Source: Hydrolagus colliei (taxonomy: Eukaryota). From it: a stretch of 64,000 bases of DNA. The notes below the pieces were generated by a model. It saw only the letters and a program-made list of their open reading frames with translations. It was not told where the DNA came from and made no database searches. Below, in pieces: positions 1-12,549 of this stretch (positions are counted from its first letter, which is position 1; every line of letters starts with the position of its first letter). Made by a program: the position numbers and the translations under genes. The DNA lies in NCBI GenBank assembly GCA_035084275.1, contig CM068743.1:105524001-105588000 (forward strand), in the 5' to 3' direction.

Positions 1-1954
1 CGGACATCAGGAGAAACCACCTTCTCTTTTAGTATTGCATCATGGGATCTTGAGTGAGCGTGTCAATCGAGATTGTGAGTTAAACTTCTAATGTGGGGCC
101 TGAACCCACAGCCTTCTGCCTCACAGATGAATGTGTTTATAATGTGACTCACAGATGAATGTGTTAACATGTGGTACATTAACACTCTGGGACTCCACCT
201 GACATGGCAGGCGCCATATAAATGCAAGTTGTTGTTGTTAACAACTGAGCCAGGCTGAATCATTGCAACCCTGTGGGAAGGACCTGATTGGCAACGTTTT
301 TTTAAGAAGCGATTTTTAAAAACAATTGCGACAAGGAGAGGTGAGTGGTTTAATGACCAGCAATCATTGAGGAATTGATCTAACTTTGGAGTGTTTAATA
401 ATGCACTATATGTGATAAATAGCACATCAGCTGTTTTATGAAACACAGCGAAATTCCCCCCCCCTAGTCACTGGGGGAAGAGACTCTTTTCACTCAGCTC
501 CTGTGAACTCTTCAAGCCCAAATCCTAATAGGTAGGGTGGTCCTAGCTGGAAAAACAATAGTAAAGTTTGCCAGCAGTGTTCTCAATGGTAGGCTATGTG
601 GTTTTAGCTGGTTGGACTCCAGCGGTTCCCCGATGCACACTTTGAGGTTCTTAAGCCTTGGCTCTTGCCAACCTGTGCCTCAGCTTGGTTTGGATACACT
701 TAAGCATGGGAACGGGTTTCCGAATGGCTGATTCCTTATTTTTAGAAAACGTTTAGTGTAACAAAACCAGTACCATATATTTTTTGCATTGTTAGTATCA
801 GTGAACACTTAAGTTTATAATGCCAATTTGACAATCACTATAATGAATCTCCCAGCATTTATCATATTAGAATGGAAATCTAACGGGTGAAGTTGCTTTT
901 GCTGCTAAACAAAGCAATCTTAACTATGATATGCTCTTATCAAGGGGACAAAATTCCATTATAAGTGCATAGTCAATGCAGAATATGTATACTTAGCAGG
1001 AATTTTTTTTTTGCTCCAAGCACTTTAATTGTCTCTCAGGTCTCCAGGTTTTTGAAGCATTTAGCCTGTATAGTCACCATAACAATGAACATTTCAGAAA
1101 ATTTAGACCTTTCTTTGAAGCTGGGTATTTGAAGGCTTCCTGTGCACAGATACCATATGGCACACATTGTTTGAGACAGAAAGAAAAACTGCAAATGCTG
1201 GGGTCCTGAAAGCAAAATGGAAATGTGTTCAAAAGTGCACAGCTGTCCAGAGAGAGTTCCAGACACCATTAGTGTGAAGTGTTGAGACTGTGTATTTTGT
1301 GAGTAAATGTGGCAGTCAATTTGTGCACAGGAACGTCCCACAAACAACCATGAAGTGAATGGTCAGTTTTATCTCAGGGAATGTTGGCAGTGTTAATGTC
1401 CTTCTCTTTTCAAGTACTGTAGTACATTATGATCATTAACAGTGCATTGTCCTAGCCAGATTTTAGACTGGCCACCAATATTGCCAATGAAGCACAGATT
1501 GACCATGCAATATAAAATTCACTCAAATATAGATTTTTTCCAAGTACAAAACTCCTTTATTCCCACATTTTATTCAAACAGCAGACAAAACCCAGTGTGC
1601 TACAAGCAACATACGATGCACTTGATAACACACGTATGTACTGCTTCGATTATAAATTTGTTTTGCACCAATTTTCAAAACTCTGGTGCAATCCACGCAG
1701 CTTAGAAATAGTGCACAACGCTTCTCTGCTTCCAAGCTGGTGTTCAGCAACTGCGATTTCATTAAGTGAATGGCCAAAAATGTCACCTCACACATTTCAG
1801 TGAAGCCAAATGTGGGCAGAGATTTTGCCATGTTTTGAAACAAACGAGAATGTCTTTCACTAATTTGCCATCAGAAAAGGGCTTTCTTTTACTCACCAAT
1901 ATCCAAGCATCTTTGTAACTGGCTAAGGTGACCAACTCCAAAGCAGTTTAACAA

Positions 1955-2055
1955 ACTATAATATATATATATATAGATATATATATAAAATAAAAAATAA
2001 ATAAATAAATAAAGCCAGCAATAAAGCAATTTAACAAATAATAAAACATATAAAA
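1955..2055. repeat. (TA)n / (AAAT)n microsatellite and A-rich tract
   Basis: Directly visible simple repeats. Confidence 0.85.
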
Positions 2056-3582
2056 CAGTACACTGCTGGTTCAGTGTCTCTTTCAAGCAACAGTTTTTTT
2101 GTGTTTGTATTCGGAACCAATCAGAAATTTCTTGTCAAACTCTGAAAATGCTGCTGCACATGATCTGCCTGATAATCAAGAAAAACCCTCTTACAAAGCA
2201 AGTATGGAGGTTTCTCTTCACTTTCCATGACAAGGAACTTCATTTTCCATTTGCTCTGAAATTTTCGGTAAACTTTACTCGAATCTCAATGGCTTAGCAG
2301 CCAGTTGTGAAAAAGAAGGCACAGTAAATTTCCACTTTCAACATCAGCAGTTGGTTCACTTCTTTTTCACACCCATCATGAATGGACTGTAATTCATACT
2401 TGAGTTTCACGAGCACAAGAGACACACGATTTCTGGGTCATGAAGACCACACACCACCAGAATTGTTCACGAATTCCAACAGTTATGTGAATGATTTCTA
2501 CAATTGTTTACTCTTTTTATTGCGGATCCTGCATTAACCTCAATTGGCAACACTTTTCATTGATGTACATTTCATCACATATGGCTCGTGACCAATGTAT
2601 TGAACAACTCTGTATTAACGTCTTCCTGAACAGGTAGGTGGGACCTCAGTTTATCATCTCATCTGGAGGATGCAACTTTCAGCAATCCAGTGAAGCCTTT
2701 CCATGCAGTCCCTCACCCCCATCACTGCACTAAAATCACTGAAATCTGACTTTAGGCCTGGTGTATCTATAATTCAGCCCTGGGGTTCACTCACAATCCA
2801 TCTCCCTTAAACTCACCTCTTGTTTCTACTTCTCCATGCATTATTATTGGATGTCGCCAGAGCTAAGATTCATCTATGCACCTTCTTGTCTGCCATCCAG
2901 TGAGAGAAAGCAAGTCAGACACAGTGAATTAGTATGAAGGACTGTGCATAAAGCATTACCATACCTTGTGCTCTTGAATGCTGATTAACATTTTGTGAAT
3001 TTGCTACTAGTTGTGACAGATTGCTTGCCGTGTTCCTTTTATTTCCATTAAAACCATTCAACTTGGAGGTTTACTGTGACTACCATCCCTGTCGCTTTTA
3101 CCTCCTCAATGTTTCCTGTGGGGACGTGTTTCCTCTACCTGTCAAATACCCAAGCAGAATTTTATTTGATGATTGTTTGCCAGGATACAGGGAGAAACTA
3201 CGGGGGGGTTTTGAATAGTGGCATAGGATCTTTAATGTCCACCTGAGCAGTCAGACAAAAATTTGGTTTGTCATTTTATCTGAAGATTGACACATCATAT
3301 CATTAGGGCATCAGCCTAAACCTCAGCCTGGGACTTGAGCCCACAACTTTCTGACCCAAAGGCAGTGCATTGAAATAAGCCAACCTGACATTTAAACTTA
3401 ACAGATAATTACTCTCACATATAGTGACTGTTTTTGCAAACAAACACTGAGGCCATCTTTGCACCAGAAAAATGTCACAAACAATCTTGAGTTTAACGAC
3501 CAACTAATCTGGAGGATTGTAGGCTAGATAGAACACTGGTAAAAATTCTCTTCTCTGTTTGAAACGACAGTGGGATCTTTAA

Positions 3583-3753
3583 CAAAACACAAAATACTAC
3601 AGATGCTGGAAATCTGAAACAAAAACAGATGGTGCTGGAAAAACTCATCAGGCGGGTTCTGGTGAAGGGTCATGGACCCGAAACGTTGACTCACTTTCCT
3701 TTCTCCATGAATGCTGCCTGACCTGGTGAGTTTTCCCAGCAACTTCTGTTTTT
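3583..3753. mobile_element. Penelope-like (PLE) terminal-repeat-derived insertion with internal inverted repeat and hammerhead-like core
   Basis: 13-bp direct repeat GTGGGATCTTTAA at 3570-3582 and 3754-3766; ~33-bp inverted repeat (3620-3652 vs 3722-3754); CTGGTGA-A-GGGTC-ATG-GACCC-GAAACGTT at 3659-3687. Confidence 0.75.
3654..3692 (+). ncRNA. Degenerate minimal type I hammerhead ribozyme motif
   Basis: Stem I GGGTT/GACTC, core CTGGTGA (one mismatch to CUGANGA), stem II GGGTC/GACCC, GAAA, and loopless palindromic stem III ACGT as in PLE-associated minimal hammerheads. Confidence 0.55.
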
Positions 3754-4756
3754 GTGGGATCTTTAATGTTTGTTTATTCCAAAGTGACTTTGTTCTACGG
3801 AGCTCAAAATCTAATTTCTTCTGGTTTCATTTTTCCCTTTTTGTTCCTTTGGTCTCAGTTCTTCCAGTCTCCATTGTGGTGGCTCCTGTGTGGCAATCTC
3901 ATTTCAGTTCCAATCCAGCCTGAGTTCCTTGGCTGATGGCCATGTTTAACTACATCCCTATGACAGCAACAATGAATTACATTTATATAAAGCTTTTCAT
4001 GTCCCAAGGCACTGGACAAAAGCGAAAAAGCAGTAAAGATTTAACATCTTCAACTTTAGGTGTGCCGAGTATCAGGATAGTGACTCTTATCAAAAGGCAA
4101 AACAAAGATCCATTTCTGCAACCAAAATATCAACATCTACTTGGTCTGAAACTTCTCTTGCCCTTAGCCAGTTTGAAAAGCTATGAAAGTACCAGTGCTT
4201 CCGACTATTTTTTAATTCAGTCTTAAGCCGTCTTTCCTCAGTACATAATAGAAATAAAACCATGAGAAATTTCATGCCGTTGGTGCTTTACATCCAAATA
4301 TAAAGTTTGGCTCTTGAACTAGGAGCAAATTGACACCGCTGTAGAATTTCTGTACAACACAATCCAGTCTTTATTTTATACTCTTTTCAAGAAACTTATT
4401 CTCAGCCAATTTAGTTTTGCCCCCAGTCTATCTTACAATTACAATGTTTCTGAGTTAATTTTTCAATCCTATTTGTACCCTGCAGAGAATCCTTTCCCTC
4501 ATAATTTTATTCCCAGGTTTGAGAACTTTGTGGTCTGCTCATCTTTTGCTGCTTGTTACACGGATCTCCGGTTTGTGATGTTTACGCAAAGGATGATTGT
4601 AGTTAAATGATTCAGTGGAAATTACGGAACTTGCTTCAAATAAATGAGAAATTAGAATATCTGGGATGAAATTACTTTTGGTGCTAGTGCCTGCACATTA
4701 ACATAGCGTAGAAAACAAGGAAGAATTTCTGCTGTCCCACAATTGCCAGTTATTTA

Positions 4757-5655
4757 CAACAACAACAGCAACAACTTCTATTTACATAGCGCCCTCCACA
4801 CCGGGCGGTGTCTCAGAGCACTTCACAGTAATGGATCCCAGGCCAGAGCCAGGGGGAGGAGGAAAAAGATGACCGAAAGCGTGGTCGAACGGAAAGGTCT
4901 TCAGCCGAGACCTGAAACTAGGAAGAGAGGGAGCGAAGCGAAGGGAGTGAGGAAGGGAGTTCCAGAGCTTTGGGGCATAGTGGCTGGAGGCACGGCCGCC
5001 GATGGTGGAGCGGAGGATTCGGAGGACAAGGAGGAGACCAGAACCAGAGGAGCGAAGGCAGTGGGTGCTGTTTTGGGGAGAGAGGAGGTCAGAGAGGCAG
5101 ATGGGTGCAGAGGAGTGGAGAGATTTGAAGACCAGAGTGAGGTTCTTGAAATCGATCCTCTCCGGGACAGGGAGCCAGTGAAGTCTGGCAAGGCCTGGGA
5201 TAATGGGGGAGCAAAGTTTAGTGCAGGTGAGAATGTGGGCAGCAGAATTCTGAATGAGCTGGATCTTATGGATTATGGTGGAGGGGAGACCAGCGAGAAG
5301 TGCATTAGAGTAGTCATGACAAAGAAATGGACCAGCGGCTTTTGGGGCAATACGTCAGAGGTGGAAAAAAGCAGTGCTGGTGAGGAACTGGATGTGGGAG
5401 AGGAAGGACATTTGGGGGTCGAACCTGACACCAAGGTTGCATACTGGTTCGGAGAGTTTCAGGGGCAGATTGGGTAGGTGGAATAGGTGAGAGCCGTGTG
5501 AATGAAGACAATGATGAGAGCCAAAGAGTATGGCTTCCGTCTTGTCAGCATTCATCTGCAGGAAATTCGCGCTCATCCAGCTCCTGATGTCTGACAGGCT
5601 GGCTGACAGTATATCAGGGGACTGGGGGTCGCAAAATGAGGTGGAAAAATATATG
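4757..5655 (-). mobile_element. L2 LINE 3' fragment (tail family A), degenerate
   Basis: Minus strand encodes NFLQMNADKTEAILFGS and NLGVRFDPQMSF; ends in a stem-loop and (GTT)n tail. Confidence 0.9.
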
Positions 5656-6109
5656 TGGATTTATCCTCCTTAAACTTATACCTCTTTTAAATGACAGCTT
5701 TACACAGTACAATACAATTCACATTTTTACAGCTTTTCATGGTGGGATGCTGCTGTGTTTGACAATGCTGGCTGAGCACCTGAGCTGGTTCGAGCTGAAA
5801 AGGATGGTGAGGTGGGGAGAATGACCAAAACTGCAGAGTTTGCAGGCCAGGCCAACACAGACACATACATACCTTGAGTCACCCACATGAGATGTTAAAC
5901 CGAGTCTGCTTGGGTGATATTTAAAGATCTCATGGGGCTCTTTGAAAAGAAAAGCAAATTTCTCAGTGCTAAGTGGCTGATGTATTTGCCTTCAAAATAT
6001 AGTCACAGTGCACATTATGGTATATCCTGTGAAGTGCTTTGAGGAATCACCCTGACGTAAAAGCTGGTTTATCAAATGTAAAGATTATTAATGGCTATTA
6101 TTATGATTT

Positions 6110-6232
6110 TATATGAGGGAGCAGGGAATAGATGGGGTTAGAAGGGCGAGAGGTTTATGTGGAGAATAAACTCTAACAAGGACTAGTTGGGCTGAATGGC
6201 CTGTTTCTGTGTTGTAATTGTCTATGTAATCC
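6110..6232 (+). mobile_element. CR1 LINE 3' end fragment
   Basis: GGGCTGAATGGCCTGTTTCTGTGTTGTAA terminus, homologous to the CR1 ends at 32100 and 51250. Confidence 0.65.
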
Positions 6233-6412
6233 TAGTAATTAACATTGACATAGGAGCAGGAGTGAGGCGAACAATTTAATGATTAGTGAATGAAACAAGA
6301 GGGGTGGGGAGGGTGGAGATAACAATAGCCTTAGGAAACACAATTCAAGTTTGTATTAAAGTTACACATTCTGCTTCAGATTTCAGAAAATCCTTCTAAC
6401 ATCTTCCTGAAT

Positions 6413-7773
6413 GAAGCCCTGTTCACACCACAGAAACTGCCCTGGTTAAGGTTACAAATGATATCCTAACCGACTGTGACCTGGGCTCCCTTTGCCTCCT
6501 CATCCTCCTTGACCTGTCTGCTGCGTTCGACACAGTCGATCACACAATCCTCCTCCAACGTCTTTCCTCCCACCTCAACATTCAAGGCACAGTCCTTGAC
6601 TGGTTCCATTCCTACCTGACCCACCGTTTACACTTTGTATCTTCCAATGGTTTTTCCTCAAACCCCCGCACAGTTTCTCACGGCGTCCCTCAGGGCTCTG
6701 TCCTCGGCCCCCTCCTTTTCACCATTTACACGCTCCCTCTGAACGATGTCACCCGCAAACATGGGGTAAATTTCCACATGTATGCGGACAACACCCATCT
6801 GTACCTTTCTGCCTCATCCCTCAACCCCCAGACCATCGATGTTCTGACAGCATGTCTGTCCGACATTGAGTCCTGGACGAGGGACAACTTCCTCCAATTG
6901 AACGTGAGTAAGACCGAGGCCCTCCTGATCGGCTCAAGCCAGCGCCTCCGCACATCGGGCGCTGCCAGCCTCAACATCCAAGGCTGTACTCTCCACCTCA
7001 CAAAGCCAATCAGGAACCTCGGCATCACATTCGACCAAAAACTATCCTTCCTCCCCCACATCCATGCCTTGACTGGCACCGCTTACTTCCACCTGCGCAA
7101 CATTGCCAGCCTCCGCAATTATCTTACCCCCCACGCTGCCGAAACAATTGTGCACGCGTACATCACCTCAAGGCTGGACTACGGAAACTCTCTCCTCGTC
7201 GGCCTCCCCAGTTCCTCCATTCACAGGCTGCAGGTCATCCAAAACTCTGCAGCCTGTGTATTATCCCGCACCCGCCTCCGCGACCATATAACCCCCACCC
7301 TCGCCCGTCTCCACTGGCTCCCCATCCTCCAGAGGATCGAGTTCAAGATCCTCGTCCTCACCTTCAAGGCCTTACATGGCCTTGCCCCGCCCTATTTAAC
7401 CAATTTACTCTCCCCCTACAAGCCCACCCGGACCCTCCGTTCAGCAGGACGTGGCCTGCTCCAAGCCCCCCGCCCGAACCGCCCCACCATCGGAGGCCGG
7501 GCCTTCAGTTTTTCTGCTCCGACCCTATGGAATTCCATCCCCCAATCCCTCCGTCTCATTTCTTCCCTTGCCTCTTTCAAGGCCGGTTTGAAGACTTTCC
7601 TCTTCGACCGTGCCTTTTGTTCCACCCCGAATTTTTCAACCTCCCCTACTTGTTTCACCCCTTCCCGTACACTCCCCTCCCAGCTCGGGTCACACGCCTC
7701 CTGTGCAGCGCCTTGGGACGTCCTCCCGACGTGAAAGGCGTTTTATAAGTTTAATTTGTTGTTGTTGTTGTTG
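6413..7773 (+). mobile_element. 5'-truncated L2 LINE (tail family B) with reverse transcriptase and ORF2 C-terminus
   Basis: Stop-free frame from ~6424 to 7734: [65 protein letters not shown]; (GTT)n tail at 7758-7773. Confidence 0.95.
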
Positions 7774-10330
7774 AATCTCACGCTTGCAGAGGACCCAGAA
7801 AGTAGACTATTTCCCCCAACCCCACACTGTGCAGCATACAACTACCAGTCCAACAAAGGGCAAATAGTGTCCTAATTTCTCCTCACAGTTGTATGCTACT
7901 GAAAGGTTCCTATCAGATCAATTCAATGCACGTTTCATTGACTAATTATTAAATTGTTCCCCACTCTCCCTCTCCCCTGCTGGACTATTGCTATTTCCTT
8001 GCCGCTAAATTGTTCACAATGTATTTTCATTCTGTGATGGCATGAGGATGTAGCCATATTCGCGTTGTAGTCTTGTGTGCTCCTTGTTCAAACATTTGGC
8101 CTTTTTGCATGCAAAAGAGCAATTTCCTGTACTGATCTGTTTGATCAACTGACTAAGCCCTTATGATCAATAGAGAGACAGATGTCAGAGCCAGATGGGC
8201 ACACTGTGATACCTAGGGCAAATTACAGCACGAGTGACGGCACAGAGGGCAGTGACTATTCAGTTAAACACTGCAATTTAATAAAATGTGACAAAAGGCA
8301 ATTATAACTTATGATCATAAATTAGATACTTTAAATAAAGAGTGACAGTGATGTAAATGAGACACAATTTGCCGTCAAAATATTTACACCAAAAGGCTTT
8401 TGTGTTTTTGTGAGCAGACCAGCAATGGAAATAGAACGACTGCATGCTTCAGAAAAAATTGTTACATTTCAACCAAACAACCGTCCCTCACCTTTTATGT
8501 TGGCTTTGTGCAACGGCTGGGTTTTGCTACTGCTCCAGGCTTTCATTGAATTTAATTATTGAAGCAAAAATAATATACATAATATCAGTCTTTGATGGGA
8601 AATAAGGTTGTCATTCACAAGATTAATCGGTTGTAGATCTACGTTTCAGTTCACTGCCTAACTCTAATATTTTACTACATTTATTAAATCTATATTGTGT
8701 TCTCAAATCTAGCCCCCTGCCTACACCTCCTCCTTTCAAACCAGACAAACTAAAATTTGAAGTGCAGGTTAAATGCTTCTGAGATCTGCAAATTCATTGT
8801 TTATTAGAATCTCTTTTTTAAAAAAATGCTTTTTAAGTTGAGTTGCGGTTTTGATGGAAGAATAGTGCGGTGTCAAATTCGAAGAGCGATCGTCACTTGG
8901 CACCTCCCTGTATTTATCAAATTTCTTTCCTCTGAAGTAAACACTGACAAAAAATATGGTACAGCTAATAAATCAAATTGCTCACTCTCCAGATGATTGG
9001 AACAGAAGGGTGGCTGTTGGTAATTTCGCAAAAATAACCCCCAGGGAAGTCTGTGTATCTAAACAATATACAGTATGTCCTAGATACGGTGAGGGTTAAG
9101 CTGCCAGTTACCTACGTGACTTTATTTTTGCATTGAGTGGCCAGTTGCCTTTTCTCTAATTAACGGGTTGGTTCTGCTGCACTGGAGATTCTGAATGAGA
9201 TTTGTGTAGGCAAATGAGAAACTGGGAGTGTGTGCAAATGAACAAATGTGCAGAGAACCCATATATGTAAACTGGTCTCTTGTGAGTGAAAATAGGAGGC
9301 TAACGGAGCAAATACCAGTGAATCCTTTTGTGTTCCTGCAAAGATGATTGTAGGTCAATCATGCCTTGATTATTAAAAGTAGTGATCTGTTTTTGTTGGT
9401 AATGGGGAATTCTGTTTTCTGCCAAAAGTTAATTTATTATTGTGAAGTCAGAATTGGTAATAATAATATTCCTTGCTTTTGATATAGCGCGCTTTGCAGA
9501 ATATACCAAAAAGTGCATTGATTGAATATGTTGTGGGAAAATGTGATAATCAATTGCGCACAATGCTTGTGCGGCTAGCAGTGACTGTGTGTAAACGGCA
9601 CAAGCACGGTCACTAGAAATAAACGTGTGACCATAAATTGGCAGATACTGCCTGCAGCACAGTGGAGTACAGCTGGGGATGTTACTGAGCTGAACACTGC
9701 ATTCATCTGTAGGGTAGACTTGGCATATGTATAAACAAATGAATACCAGTGAGAGTTACTTTTATGAAATGATACACTGTGGTAGTATTGAACTGAATTT
9801 AGTTTGGTGGAATTGGAATAGAATGCAACGCATGTGTATTCTACTTGCATTCTTCATATATCAACATTAAAACTGCTCAGATTAGGCTACCTTGAAGGGT
9901 ACCTCTTGAGATAATTATACACTGTGCGATTTGGTCTTTTGTATTCACACAAGCTGAATGATTTTGGTGTATTTAATTTAAATATGTTCTTGTTTTCTAT
10001 AACCAACCGACTATATATTTTTTCACAATAATTGTAGAGTTAGTTTAACAGATGCTTGTAGCACTGCAAGAAGAGCGAATAAAAATCATAGGCTGCAACT
10101 CCACTTGTAGTCTTGTGAGTGCTGTTAAATTTTGTGCTGCACTATCAAAATGTTGATCACATTTCAAAGGATTGCATTGGATCAGAAAATGCTATGTACA
10201 ACTTGCACACACTAAGGAATCATCTGGTTGGTTGCACACATGCCCTTGTCACTGGACTAAGCAAAGTCATTGATGATACTTGTGTGTTATCCACCATAAA
10301 GTCTGTTTGATACAGATTTATGTTGTGACA

Positions 10331-10610
10331 ATAATAATAATCCTTGCATTTGATATAGCACTTTTCACATCTTCTAGACATCTCAAAGGGCTTCACAGAA
10401 TGTATTGTAAAGTGAATTGACAATGTATTTGTGGGCGAAACGCAGCAGTCAATTGCGCACAGCAATGTCCCACAAACAGTCATGGATTGAAATGACCAAT
10501 TTTATTATTGTTGTTTTTTTGGAGGGATTATTATTAGGCATGTGGAGTAAGGAAACTTTCCCAAGGTTTTGCCCTGACCTGCCTGGATTCGAACACAAGT
10601 CATGGCATGG
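10331..10610 (-). mobile_element. tRNA-headed Deu-type SINE
   Basis: Reverse complement of the SINE body GTTTGTGGGACA.TGCTGTGCGCAATTG.CTGCTGC, with an L2-like tail and (ATT)n. Confidence 0.85.
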
Positions 10611-10975
10611 ATATTGGGGAGAAAGGACAGTTAAGGGTCAAACCAAATGCCCAAGTTCCTGACTGGCTTCCTGACTGTAAGGTGGAGTTTGCAACTGTTG
10701 ATGCTGATGTTGCCAATGCCTGAGGCGCTGAGGTGAACCCAGCGCTAACTTAATATGGTGTAGGAGCTGACTTCAGCATGGGGTTCTCTGAAGGAGACAC
10801 ATTTTACCTCCCTAAGCACTATACAGACTCTCAAGACGCTACTCTTTGACTGTATCTTCGATCACCCTCCTTGCCCCACTGCCTTCCACTCCACCTTCCC
10901 AAATCCTGACCACCAGCTCATGTCCAAAACATGGATTGTCGATTGTCTTGGAAAGTCCCTCGACATGAAAGTGAT

Positions 10976-11278
10976 GTCCTGTAGCTCAGTGGTTAGAGCA
11001 CTCGCCTTACAAGCGAGCGACCTGGGTTCAATTCCAGACAAGGCAATACATTGCGCTAGTTTCCTTACTCCAAATGCCTGATAATAATCCCTCAAGGTAA
11101 AAAACAATAATAAATTGGTCACTCAATTCATTACTGTTTGTGGCACACTGCTGTGTGTAATTGGCTGCCACATTTCACCCACAAATATACAGTCAATTCA
11201 CTTTGTAGTATATTCTGTGAAGTGTTTGAGACGTCTAGAAGACATGAAAAGCGCAATATCAAATGCAAGGATTATTAT
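10976..11278 (+). mobile_element. tRNA-headed Deu-type SINE nested in an L2 tail
   Basis: A box TAGCTCAGTGG 10982-10992, B box GGTTCAATTCC 11025-11035, Deu-like body and tail GACGTCTAGAAGACATGAAAAGCGC...AAGGATTATT; flanks rejoin as an L2 family B tail. Confidence 0.9.
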
Positions 11279-12549
11279 ACAAGTGTAATTTTGTTGTTGT
11301 TGTTCATAACTATGTTGAACCTCATAGTAGTTCAGCGTTTCACGTGGAGGGCAATTTGTTTTTCTCTTCCTACTTTCCAGTGAACTTTATTAATTTGTGT
11401 TACCTAATTGTCAGGCTGGCTCAGTTAGTAGCAATCTCATCTCACCATCCTGAGTACATTAAACTCAGGTTATGTTTCCTAGTTATAATAATAATCCTTA
11501 CATTTGATATAGTGCTTTACACATCTTAATACTACTAATAATAATCCTTGCATTTTGATATAGCACCTTTCACATCTTATTGACGTCTCAAAGCGCTTCA
11601 CAGAATATACTGTAAAGTGAATTGACTGTACATCTTCTAGATGTCTCAAAGCGCTTCACAGAATATATTATATAGTTCAGGTAAATGTTCAAAATTCCAT
11701 GACACTATTCAGAAGAGAAGGGTTTTCCTGATTTCTCTCTCGGCTGACAATCCCCCGGATAAAAAAAAATTATTATTCACTGTGCGGCTGTTTGTGGGGC
11801 ATGTCTGTGCACCAATTGGTCCCTACAATTTCAGATTCACTGCATTCTACAGTAAAAATCCTGTGAAGCATTTTGAGACGTACTGCTGACATGAAAGGTG
11901 CCATATCAAATGCAAGATATATTACTATTACAATTTGAAAGTGGTCTAGAGATGAGCATAAAATTGCAGTCAACACAAACATAGGCATATCTGATGCTCC
12001 CTCGGGTCTCATTTGTAAATTGATTTGAAACTAGTGAATCCTGCAGGATCCGGGTTGTGTCTTAGGCTGGCCGAGCCTTGGGGTCTCCGCTCAGCTGTTC
12101 TGTTCCAGGTGTCTCTTTAGGGCACACATTGGCCCTGCAGAAGCTGAGAGTGAGAGTGGCATCTGAGTGTAGCTCCAGAGAGAAACACACACCCATACAC
12201 ATTTTACAAGAACTTATAAGTAGCCTGAAATTCTACCTGGATCTTTTAAGAACAGCAAAAAGACTGGGAACTCCAAATGAAGACTGAAATGGAATATTTC
12301 CATAGCTTTCAACAGTCTTACAAATTGAAGGCAGAATATCTCATTAGCTGCAACAAGATGGCTTTTCAGAGTTAAAATTTACTGCATTCAGTAAATTTCC
12401 TGAAAAACAATGCTAAAGGTTCATGGTTGGCTTTTTTGAAGTGCTAGCTGTTTTGGCAATAGGAGTGAAATCTTTAAACCGGCTCAAATTCAACCATTAT
12501 CATTGCAAATCTCCACTCCTTCCCTTCTCAGTTTGTATTATGTGTCGAC

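Noticed and set aside
4743-5477. 244-aa plus-strand ORF (also 35351-35806 and 47137-47448)
   Set aside because: Antisense shadows of minus-strand L2 ORF2.
10976-11045. tRNA-like sequence with TAC at the anticodon position
   Set aside because: SINE head: it is followed by the Deu body and tail, lacks a proper acceptor stem, and the anticodon region varies among copies (TTACAAG, TTGCAAG, TTAGAAG, TTCCAAG).
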